Source: Calditrichales bacterium
GTDB taxonomy: Bacteria; Calditrichota; Calditrichia; Calditrichales; J004
Assembly (NCBI GenBank): GCA_965267575.1
Contig: OZ254086.1
Location: forward strand, 1,248,001 to 1,312,000
Direction of reading: 5' to 3'
DNA: 64,000 nt
Below are positions 47,065-56,700 of the stretch, piece by piece; position 1 is the first letter of the stretch, and each line of letters begins with the position of its first letter. The notes beneath the pieces were generated by a model that was given only the letters and a program-made list of their open reading frames with translations, was not told the origin of the DNA and did no database searches. A program made the translations under genes and the position numbers.

Positions 47065-48060
47065 TCATTCATACAAATTGATGCGAATTGTCAAATCACC
47101 GCCCGGGAAGGACGACGGGTCGCTTTCGAGCATGATATCTTCAAAAAGAACCGGGTTTTGCTCTATGGTAGCCCGCATTAAAGTAATCCGAAACGGCCGG
47201 TTGGCATAAGCCGGGTATGTTGGCGTCAGGCGAATTTGTACTTCCGCGCCAACCAGGTTTAGTGGAAACGTCAAACCCGCCGGTGCATTATTTATAAAAT
47301 CCTCTCCGGGAAAGGCTGTAATCGCCGAGCGGCCGCTGCCACTGTAGGCAAATGACATATCTGCCCCTATCGGACTGGTAAATTTTCCCGTAGAGAGCGT
47401 GTCGCTTCCCTTAATTACCAGGCCTTCATAAACCCAACCGTTTGTCAATTCGGGCAACACAAGGGTTTCGGAATAAGTACTGTCGATTACCACGGTGCCC
47501 GTTGTGTCTGTTGACATGGTCGTATCAAGCGTTGTAAACCAAAGTCCGGCAAAGTTATTGGCAGAAGCAGGGCTAGTTGGTGTATACACCATAAAAGAAC
47601 CCTGTAAAGTAGAAAAATCAAAATTAAGCAGCTGCTGGCTTCCTATCGTAAAAACGCTGTTATTGGCTTCAATGGTTGATCCTATGACGCTAAACACTGT
47701 AGGAGTGAACAACGTATCACCGGCCCCGGTAAAACGCATGCCCGGTACATCATCCGGTTCAATCGTTATGATGACCTCTTTGGCCCTTTGCAAATCCCCG
47801 ATTTCCACCTCTGTTTCCAGGGAGTAAGGGGAAGCGCTTCCAGCCAATATGCCCAGGCTGGCATATTTTTGAACATTGTTTCCGCCTTCAAGTACATCCC
47901 ATGATATCCAGGCCTCATACCAGGCAGAGTCTCCGGGCGCATTAAGCCCGTTAACGGTAAGCGATATTTTGCCTGTTGTATCCCCCGATCCGAGAACGGT
48001 TGTTTCTTCACAGGAAAGCAGAAGCAATATCGCAAAAATAAGAGTTAGAAAAGTTTTCAT
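47065..48060 (-). CDS. uncharacterised lipoprotein
   Basis: Lipobox LLSC; internally repeated YEAW/YEGL motifs; STGKF, FPGEDF. Confidence 0.72.
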   Translation of the reverse strand: MKTFLTLIFAILLLLSCEETTVLGSGDTTGKISLTVNGLNAPGDSAWYEAWISWDVLEGGNNVQKYASLGILAGSASPYSLETEVEIGDLQRAKEVIITIEPDDVPGMRFTGAGDTLFTPTVFSVIGSTIEANNSVFTIGSQQLLNFDFSTLQGSFMVYTPTSPASANNFAGLWFTTLDTTMSTDTTGTVVIDSTYSETLVLPELTNGWVYEGLVIKGSDTLSTGKFTSPIGADMSFAYSGSGRSAITAFPGEDFINNAPAGLTFPLNLVGAEVQIRLTPTYPAYANRPFRITLMRATIEQNPVLFEDIMLESDPSSFPGGDLTIRINLYE

Positions 48061-48075
48061 TGATTTGTCCCGACT

Positions 48076-51000
48076 TTAAAAATCGAAAGAGATTTCTATG
48101 CCCCAGAAAATATCCCTCGGGTTCAAAAACGTTAGGTAGCTCTGGTTCGGCATATCGATATAAGCTTTATTGTCCAATACATAATTGACCCGGCTGTCTT
48201 TGGCTTTTGTCCACTCGCCCTGTTCATTATAGGTGAGGTACTGGCCGCTGCTGGCCTCGTAATAAAGATCGTTTTTGTTGGGGTTGTTTACGCTGTTTCG
48301 GTTAGCCATTGTAATGATGGGAATAAAAGGCACGCCGCTTTTTCTGTAGTCTCCGGGTTGGTCATCACCAGGAATATTTGTATAGTCCAACCGGTCGAGG
48401 CCTTCTGTATTTTCTGGCAGGTGCAGTGATCGCATGTAACGCCTAAAATCATCTTTTTCGCTAACGAATCCGTATGTGGAAAAAAGCTTGAAATTAAACA
48501 GGTTTTGTACGTCCATAAAAAAATCTATTCGCGCCGGTCCAACTTCCAGGCCCTTGCGAAAACGCATATTGACATTATAATAATCTGTCCACTGCACATT
48601 GTTATCAATACCTAATTCATCGGCTGACCCCCCGTCTGTCCAGTCAAAATATCCGCCGGAACGCCAGTTGGCCAAAAGGCTGAGTGTTACGTTGTCCAGC
48701 AGATAAACGCCTCCAACGCTCGGTCCATATTGATTGGGCGTAAAGAAGGACAGATTAGCCCTGGCGTAAGGACGGGGTCTTGGTTTGGACTGTTCATAAT
48801 TTGCCTGGCGTCGTTCCTCTTCGCGCTGTTGTACTGAATTTTCAAACGAATTTCTGAAACCAAACGTACCGGATGATTCTACCTGGTAAGTGTAGTTAAT
48901 GAATCCTCGCACCCACCGTCCCCGGTTTTTATTTATCGTCAGTTCAAAACCGCGAATATCTTCGTAAGAGTTAGGTTCATTAATATTTACGCGTGTGTTA
49001 CTGCTGATATATGTCACGGTAGTAGGCTGATCCGAGATGTCTTTATAAAAGCCCGCAGTACGAACTAGGTATTCATCAAACAGACTGTGCTCGTATCCCA
49101 ATTCATAAGCAATAGTTTTTGGCAAAGGATTGTTTGGATCAGCGATACGCTCAACCGCATTGGTTTGTCCGTTTTGCCTGAGAATAAAAAAGTTTTCCGG
49201 CTGCGGTACCTGGCGAAAGTGGCCATAGTTAAAGTATATCTTGCTGTTCTCGGATACAGGAAAAGAAACAGCCAGCCTTGGACTAAATGTAAAAATATGC
49301 TCTGTCGGTTCCTGATTGAGGGTATCCAAAGCGGCCGGGTCATCACCACTAAAGGCAGCATCGTAAGGATTGTAGCCGGAATACCATTCGCCGCCGGCGT
49401 GGGTATAATCCATCCTCAAGCCCACCGAAGCAATCATGCCTTCAAATTCAAGTTTGTCTTCGAGGTAGATTGCACCTTGTATTGGTGTTCTGTTCCATTT
49501 CGTTTGAGCATTTCCGGATGGTAAAAATCTATCGAAACGGGCATAATTGACCCGACTGTCAGTAATAACAAACTCGGCGCCGGCCTTAACATTATTATAG
49601 CGGTTCACCTGGCTGGAAATATCAAACTTGCCGTGATAACGCACTACCACACTGGAATCACGGGCGTTACTGAAGCCGACGCTCATGCGCATGTTACCAT
49701 CTATGCCGGTAGTTGGGGCCTCCCAAAAGCCGAACGGCGCTTCATCCACAAAATAAGAATTACCGAACTGGTATCTTCTGGTTGTATCACGCAACGCACC
49801 AAGCGTAGTGCTGTAACGCGACTCGAAGCGTTGTAATTTAGCTTCGTAAAATGTTTTTGAACTTATGGCGTTGGTAAATTTTATACCGACATTATTAAAA
49901 TTAACCCGTGAAGGATTCCAGTAATCCGTGCTGAAAATGCGTGAATCCACGAAACTGATCGTCGTCAGATCACTCGCTATTTGCCAGGGTGCCGTAAAAA
50001 GCGTAGGAGCTCCGGCGCGGCTGCGGCTTGTGCCAACCTCTTCGCCAATTAAACCCGAAACAACAAGTTTCTTGCCGGGTCCGAGATCAGATGTGAAGTT
50101 AATTTGCCAGTTTTGAGTTGTGTATGCCTCGCGTGAAAGCGGGACCAGATACATTTCTCTCAGGCGTCGATAGGCAGTAAAAAAGCGGAGATTACCCAGA
50201 TCCTTGGTCAGAAACGGTACGGGACCGCCGAAGCCGATATCAACGTCATAGTCCGGCTTATCGATATCGGTTTGCTTGCGGTGCTGGAACAGAAAAAGCT
50301 CCTGAGCGGCACGCGGAGTCAGATCGTTTGAAGGATCATCATCTTCCAGGGTACGACGGGCAATTTCATTCCATCCTACGAAGTCCGGGTACTGCAAACG
50401 CGTCCACTCATCCCAGCCACCGTTATCGGTTCCAACCCAGGCAACCTCATCATCCAGGAATGGACGAACATAATAGGCGTCAAAATCATTGAAGGCCGGT
50501 CCAAAGTGTTTTGCAGCTATCGGCGAATAGCGAAAAACCGCGTTTACATTATAATCGCTCTTGGAGCCCTCCTTGGTGACAACATTTATCAATCCGGAAC
50601 GGAAATCACCATATTCCGCGGAAAACCCTCCGGCCTGCAGCTGGATCTCTTTGATGCTGGTCAAGCTGATGCCGGTATAAGGTTCGTTGTCTCTTCCGTC
50701 ACGAAGATTGAATCCATCCATGATAAAGACAACTTCGTCCAGTCCGCCGCCGCGAATTTCCAGGCCTTCGGCACCGGCCTGCAGAGCAACAACTTCGGAA
50801 ACATTCGCCAGCGGCAATGCTTCGACCTCTTCAGTGGAAATATTCGCCCGGCTGGCGGCAACGTCTTTTTCCACAACCGGACGTTCGGCAACAACAGATA
50901 TGGCTTCATCCAGTTCGATCGCTTCTGTGCCCAGCTGTACATTTATTTCTGTTGTTTGATCTATAAAAACGCGTACATCAGTGAATGTTTTGCTGGCGTA

Positions 51001-51237
51001 ACCTACGTTTACAACCTGCATGGTATAAGTACCGGGCTCCACATTAATAATAACATAGAAGCCATCCAGGTCTGTGGCCGCACCACGGGTGGTGCCCTCA
51101 AGATAAACGTTAACGCCCGGAAGGGGCTCGCCGGTTTCGGCGTCTGTAACAACCCCGGCTATTTTTCCTGTCGTCCCTGAAAACAGGGATGAAGCGGTAA
51201 GGAAAACACTAAAGATAAGATAAGCGACTCTGCGCAT
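48076..51237 (-). CDS. TonB-dependent receptor (carboxypeptidase-regulatory-like N-domain, plug, barrel)
   Basis: GKIAGVVTDAETGEPLPGVNV, IRGG, GGFSAEYG..SG.INVVTKEG plug; NPRDIFWGIEISFDF terminus. Confidence 0.92.
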   Translation of the reverse strand: MRRVAYLIFSVFLTASSLFSGTTGKIAGVVTDAETGEPLPGVNVYLEGTTRGAATDLDGFYVIINVEPGTYTMQVVNVGYASKTFTDVRVFIDQTTEINVQLGTEAIELDEAISVVAERPVVEKDVAASRANISTEEVEALPLANVSEVVALQAGAEGLEIRGGGLDEVVFIMDGFNLRDGRDNEPYTGISLTSIKEIQLQAGGFSAEYGDFRSGLINVVTKEGSKSDYNVNAVFRYSPIAAKHFGPAFNDFDAYYVRPFLDDEVAWVGTDNGGWDEWTRLQYPDFVGWNEIARRTLEDDDPSNDLTPRAAQELFLFQHRKQTDIDKPDYDVDIGFGGPVPFLTKDLGNLRFFTAYRRLREMYLVPLSREAYTTQNWQINFTSDLGPGKKLVVSGLIGEEVGTSRSRAGAPTLFTAPWQIASDLTTISFVDSRIFSTDYWNPSRVNFNNVGIKFTNAISSKTFYEAKLQRFESRYSTTLGALRDTTRRYQFGNSYFVDEAPFGFWEAPTTGIDGNMRMSVGFSNARDSSVVVRYHGKFDISSQVNRYNNVKAGAEFVITDSRVNYARFDRFLPSGNAQTKWNRTPIQGAIYLEDKLEFEGMIASVGLRMDYTHAGGEWYSGYNPYDAAFSGDDPAALDTLNQEPTEHIFTFSPRLAVSFPVSENSKIYFNYGHFRQVPQPENFFILRQNGQTNAVERIADPNNPLPKTIAYELGYEHSLFDEYLVRTAGFYKDISDQPTTVTYISSNTRVNINEPNSYEDIRGFELTINKNRGRWVRGFINYTYQVESSGTFGFRNSFENSVQQREEERRQANYEQSKPRPRPYARANLSFFTPNQYGPSVGGVYLLDNVTLSLLANWRSGGYFDWTDGGSADELGIDNNVQWTDYYNVNMRFRKGLEVGPARIDFFMDVQNLFNFKLFSTYGFVSEKDDFRRYMRSLHLPENTEGLDRLDYTNIPGDDQPGDYRKSGVPFIPIITMANRNSVNNPNKNDLYYEASSGQYLTYNEQGEWTKAKDSRVNYVLDNKAYIDMPNQSYLTFLNPRDIFWGIEISFDF

Positions 51238-51298
51238 GTCGCTCCTCCCTTACGGTTAATAAATAAATATATAGTTGCGGGCAAGTAGGTCTTTAACT

Positions 51299-51361
51299 GG
51301 TTTGTACGCTTGGCGAACAAACCGTTATAGCAAATATAATATTTTTATATATCCACACAAA
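51299..51361 (-). promoter_or_regulatory. Bacteroidota-type promoter (TTTG-N19-TATATTTG) followed by a leader hairpin
   Basis: Minus strand reads TTTG tgtggatatataaaaatat TATATTTG, then the hairpin GGTTTGTtCGC-caa-GCGtACAAACC. Confidence 0.55.
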
Positions 51362-51384
51362 CATTTTTGTAAGAATCGTAATTT

Positions 51385-52683
51385 TCACTTGCCCGATTCG
51401 ATCTCCTGTAACAATTGTTTCTTCAAAACAGGGCGCAAAGGCGGTACCAGTGTGCGCTTTGGGAAATGCTGTTTCAGAACCGCCATATTTGTGCGCTGGC
51501 TGTCCAGCGTATCCCATTGCGCGTAATTAAGCCGGACGCTGCTTTGCTCCAAAAGGCTATCCAGAGCATTTTGCGGATTGTCTGTACGCTCCAGCCAGCT
51601 TTGCTCAAGATAAAAATCGCTCCATAACTTTTTTTGACGTAACACTTGTTCCGCCGAGCCATATCCTTTTTCTCGGGCGTAAAAGACAATCGTCTGGTCA
51701 TCCAGCATATCCTTAAGCACCCTTAAAAAGCTGCGCTGAAAAGCCGCACCGCTTTCAAAATTCAGAGGATAGGGTGAAACTTTCATCCGCTTCAGAACAG
51801 CACTTCCATCCCACACAACACCATTGGCAAAACGGACAATGGAAGCTTCTCCTGCAGCCGGCGCTATTTCGGGCATAGCCGCTCCGCGTAACATCCGTGG
51901 ACCACGATTGTAAACTTCTTCGAACAGGCTTTTTAAAGCTCCTTTGTCTAATTCGTAGCTGTATTGACCCAGTTTCTCCCGGGCAAATTTACGAAAAAGA
52001 TTTTTACTTTTCTTCAATTTAAGCTTTTTTTCAACCTGGCTTATGCCAGGCGTTTGGCCGGTCGGCGCGTTGGTTTCGGCAATAACCTGGTAGATATAGT
52101 AAAGATCGTTTACCCGTTGCGGTCCCCCTATTTCTCCGGGAACAGCGCCAAAAAGAGAGTCGGACAAGGCTGATCCGGGGTCATACTTCACCGTATCCGC
52201 ACGCACTGAAAAATTGCGCCATAGCGGATTTTGCTTAAAGTCCCGCGCCGCGGCTTCGTCTTCAAATACCATATAGCGCAATATTCGCTGAAACTTGAAC
52301 CGTTCGATAACAGCGGAAATCTCCTCGGGGCTTATCTGAACCTGAGGAAAGATCTCTTGCTCCCAGACTTCCTCAATCAACGCCTCACGTTCATGCTGAG
52401 CTACCCGCGCGGCAAGCAGTTCCGATTCATCAAAGCGCTGCTTTGCGGCATCATGCGTGATAACCTGGCGGCAAATCAAGCCGTGTAAAATCATGATTTT
52501 TGCCAGCGAGTCGTCTTTAACGTCCGTTAACAAAGGATTGTACCGATACAAATCGACAAAATAATCCTGGCTGATATCATGGCCATTTACTTCAAGCAAC
52601 GGTTCTTGGGAGTCGGGAGAGCAGCAGAGCAAAAAAAAGGCAATCGCTACGATTGCCTTTTGGGTAAATAACGTTTTTTTCAT
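51385..52683 (-). CDS. PrsA/SurA-like (degenerate peptidylprolyl isomerase) lipoprotein
   Basis: Putative lipobox FLLC; LEVNGHDISQDYF SurA-N-like start; LFGAVPGEIGGP...YYIYQV parvulin remnant. Confidence 0.6.
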   Translation of the reverse strand: MKKTLFTQKAIVAIAFFLLCCSPDSQEPLLEVNGHDISQDYFVDLYRYNPLLTDVKDDSLAKIMILHGLICRQVITHDAAKQRFDESELLAARVAQHEREALIEEVWEQEIFPQVQISPEEISAVIERFKFQRILRYMVFEDEAAARDFKQNPLWRNFSVRADTVKYDPGSALSDSLFGAVPGEIGGPQRVNDLYYIYQVIAETNAPTGQTPGISQVEKKLKLKKSKNLFRKFAREKLGQYSYELDKGALKSLFEEVYNRGPRMLRGAAMPEIAPAAGEASIVRFANGVVWDGSAVLKRMKVSPYPLNFESGAAFQRSFLRVLKDMLDDQTIVFYAREKGYGSAEQVLRQKKLWSDFYLEQSWLERTDNPQNALDSLLEQSSVRLNYAQWDTLDSQRTNMAVLKQHFPKRTLVPPLRPVLKKQLLQEIESGK

Positions 52684-52690
52684 TTCAATA

Positions 52691-53719
52691 TCAGAACCGT
52701 ATTGATAAGCTGAATTTTTGGGCGCTTTCCAGCCTGTTCCAGTCGGCATAAGCCCAATCTACACGCAAATGCGTCTGGCCCGCCAGGCGGATATTGGCCC
52801 CGAGACCATAAGTGAGGCCTTCTTCCGTTTCATCCTGAAACAGCGACTTATAGCCGGCCCGAAGAAAAACAAGCTCCTTCCAGCCATACTCGAATCCTGT
52901 ATTGACGGCTTCAAAGTTATCATTGGGCTGAATGGCGTCCAGGGCCAGTGTGAGGCGATTGTATTCTCCGATCTCAATATCTTTGGCAAAGCCAACCTGA
53001 AAACGCAGCGGCAGGTTGTAGGCCAGCATTTCATACTGAGCGTTTACAATTTCCACGTTTCCGATATTGTCCGGGTCAGGGTCGGTGGCAAACTTGCTGT
53101 CGCGACCTTCCAATTTCATTTTGTTGCCAAAATTGCTGATGGAAGCCCCAAGACGAATGCCCCAGAAAGGCGTCTCGAAAAGCGTACCCACATCGAGCGC
53201 AACGGAAGTGGCCGTCATGTGCCAGATGCGCTGGTAAATAAACTTCCCGGTAAAACCGATGGAAAATTTATCTGTTAGATTGCGGCTGTAAGCGAGGCCC
53301 GCGGCTATATCCTGCGTGTCAAAACGCTCGCCGGTGCCGTCCGGTTGCTGAACTGTCCTTACTTCCATTTCACCGGACTGGAAAGAGGCCACCATGGCGC
53401 CCAACGCTCCAAATGAACCGAGATTGAGCACGACCGCACCATAATCAAATGAAGTTCCGGCCAACCAATCAACATGTGTAAACATGGCTTCATTGGCATA
53501 AATGCGCGACAGGCCTGCGGGATTATGATGAATGGCGCTTACATCATTGGCCACGGAAGTGAAAGCTCCTCCCATACCAATAGAGCGCGCGCTGGGTCCG
53601 ATTTTTAAAAACTGGGCTACGGTAGTTCCGACCTTGGACACGCGGTCACCATCCTGAGCCAGGCCGGCGGAAAAACCGCAAAAATAAAATATAAATGTTA
53701 TTGCTAATAGCTTTTTCAT
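52691..53719 (-). CDS. PorV/PorQ family outer-membrane beta-barrel
   Basis: KVGTTVAQFLKIGPSARSIGMGGAF...HNPAGL; DWAY...QKFSLSIRF. Confidence 0.88.
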   Translation of the reverse strand: MKKLLAITFIFYFCGFSAGLAQDGDRVSKVGTTVAQFLKIGPSARSIGMGGAFTSVANDVSAIHHNPAGLSRIYANEAMFTHVDWLAGTSFDYGAVVLNLGSFGALGAMVASFQSGEMEVRTVQQPDGTGERFDTQDIAAGLAYSRNLTDKFSIGFTGKFIYQRIWHMTATSVALDVGTLFETPFWGIRLGASISNFGNKMKLEGRDSKFATDPDPDNIGNVEIVNAQYEMLAYNLPLRFQVGFAKDIEIGEYNRLTLALDAIQPNDNFEAVNTGFEYGWKELVFLRAGYKSLFQDETEEGLTYGLGANIRLAGQTHLRVDWAYADWNRLESAQKFSLSIRF

Positions 53720-53738
53720 GAATCCTCCGCGGAGATCT

Positions 53739-56700
53739 TTATTTTATGATGGCGAACTTGCCGACAGTGGTACCAATGCCCGGGGCATCGACGTGATAAA
53801 AGTAGAGACCGTATGCCACCTCAATGTTATCACGTGTTAAAAGGTCCCAATAAACTTTGCCGTCATCTACGCTGCTGTCATGATGCAGGGTACGCACCAA
53901 TTCGCCAGCCGTCGTATAAATCCTGATTGTGCATTTCTGCGGCACTTTGTCAAAGTAAATGCGCCGGAAGCCACGCTCGTCCCTCGCTGTTGGATTGGCC
54001 GGCTCAATGACGTTTGTAGCCACATAAGGGTTTGGTACCACACGAATGTCATCGAGCTTATTGCGGGCCAGCGCTTTATCCTCGCGTGCGCCTTCCGTGG
54101 TAAAACGGAAAATATCACCGGGATTAAATGGCTTAAAGGTAGCCAGCAGGAAGATATCGCCGTTGGCCGGCGCATCACTCGTATCACGGGTTTGAGAAAC
54201 AAGCTGCCACACAGCGTTGCGTGTGTTGGTGCCATTCTCAAAGATGAAAATATCTTCACCCGGATCCCATGTGCCGTTGCGTGTAGCGGCTTTTTCCAGC
54301 ACAAAGAATTTCGATTTCGTGTTTTCCGTAACATTCCACAACTGGAAGTTAGTGGCAATGTCGTTTATTGATGAATCCTGCATATCCGTAAAAAACCTCA
54401 GCTCATAATCCGCGGGGTAAAAGCTGGCCGAATCACGCTCCAGAAGGGTAAATTCCATCTCTGTCTGTGCGCTGCTGTTCCAGCCGGTCAGGTCTTCATT
54501 AACGCGGAATTCTTCGTTTTTAATAACCAGCTGCATGCCATCAAAGATGGGGTTGGTTTCCTGCGAATCCACGGCAAAACTGCGGAAAATGGGGAAGTGC
54601 GTATACTCGGCCGTATAACGGGTGTCGTCCATCATGCCCGCGCCGGGTACGCTGTCCGGGTCGAAAACAGTGATCGTACCAAAGCGGGCGTCGAGATCGT
54701 AATCTACACCTTCCGTGAAAGTCTCCCCACTCTCAGAACGTACAACAAATGACTCAGGATTAACGAATTGCTTTTGCAATGAGACAGACCTGCCGAAAAA
54801 GGAGATGAACATCTCTTCAATTGGTTTTTGATCCTCTACGGTATACTCCAGACCCTCCGCAGTCGAATCAGCGAACTGGATCTCAAAGGTATTGTTATCC
54901 TCTACGGCAGATTCGTCCAGAATGCTGACAAATATGGTCCCCGTGGAGCGGCCGCCGGTTTCGTTTTGAATTCCGTCGGTCAGGCGTGGCGCTACGTAAC
55001 CTGCTGTTCTGCTCCGCGGAATCACAAGGGCGGTATTAACATCTGTTGAATAGGTGTTTGTCGTCGGGTCAAAAGTAACAATCTTGGCGCACTCCGATGG
55101 CGGAATACCCAGGCTGTCGCTGCCGTGATCATAGGAAACGATCGCATAAAAATATTGCTGACCATTGATCACATTGTTGGAATCAATAAAGGTATAGCGC
55201 AATCCTGTATTATTGCCAAGATTATAGGAAACACCGCGCCCCGTATATGGAACGTTACTGGGCCCGCTGTATTCGTTGTCCAGGTCAAAGCGGGCATCTA
55301 CCCCGGTTACCGTTTTAAGCGGCTCAAATAAAAATTTGGTACCGTTTATGTCTGTGATGGTTTGAATATCAAGAAAGCCGGGATCTGTGCTGCGGTAAAT
55401 GACGTATCCTTCGAAGTCATTTTCGCCGGAGACGGCGTCAAAGGAGGATTCCGCCACCTTATCCCAGTAAAGTGTCACTTTGCGGTCGCCGGGCACGGCG
55501 GTAAGGTTTGGCTTTGCGGGCGGTTTGGCAAACTGGTAACCGCTGTCATAAATGCGCTGCACCGTTTCAGCATTTTGAATCAGGTCATTACGGTCTTCCC
55601 CGATTATGAGGGCGATTGAAAAGCGCTTAATGGCTTCGCTTATCTGGTCATCCGGTGTCGTTTGGATCGATCTTAAAGTAAAGCGTCCGGAGCCATACAA
55701 AAACACATAATCGCCCGGATCGCGGGAGCCGGCAAGCGTGTCAAATTGGCCCGGCTGAATATAACGGCTCCACATCTCTTCATCGTCGCTAATCTGGAGA
55801 CCGGAGAACGACGGCTGAGCAAAACTTGTCAGACCGATCATGTCCGATTCATCGATGTCGGTAAATTCAAAATTGGGCTCACCGGGTTTGGTGATATCAA
55901 AAGGATCGCCGGCAGTGGGTACACCGTCACCTTCACCTTCATCAAGGGTATTGGGAACGCCGTCTATGCCCACGTCATCGGTTTCGGCGTTCCAGTCGCC
56001 ATCGTTGTCGATGCCGTCCGTCCAGCTTTCATCGATCATACCGTCTTTATCATTGTCGATACCGTCATTGGCCAGGCCCGGACTTTCCAAAAACTTATAG
56101 CCCATATAACCCGGAACACGGCCGGCGATATCGCTTCGTCCATCGTTATCCCAGGCAAAGGTCATATTAAGATCACGGTTAAAGTCAGCCAGGTCATCCT
56201 GCCAGTTATCCGGGCCGCCGATGTGCGGATCGCCCCACATACCAAAAATGACACGGTTCAGGTCGTAAGCGCCTTTGTTGCGGATTTTATAAATTAAAAA
56301 GATCGCGTCTTCAGCCAGGGGGTTGGACCACTGATACACGCGGCCTTCCACTTCAAGCCCCAGGCCCTTGCGCACTGAATCTCCGGGGTAGGGGTAATAC
56401 TCAAATTCGCGATTGTTCACATCATCCATAACAAAGAAAGATTCCTTGTCAGCATTGGTGGCGCCTTGCCCCAACGCACCGGGCCACACATAATCGCGCA
56501 GGTTTTCATTATACCAGGCGTCGGGCCATGTGTCGGGTTTGCCGTCGGCGTCCTGATCCGGCGCGTCATTGGTAGGCATGGTATTTTGCGTGCTGTTCAG
56601 ATAAACATTAATACCGTCGTCGCTAACCTCAAGCGGTTCCCAGCCCCAGCGCTCGGTAAAGTCTGGCGAGACTTCACCGCCATTGGAGATCAATCCATCG

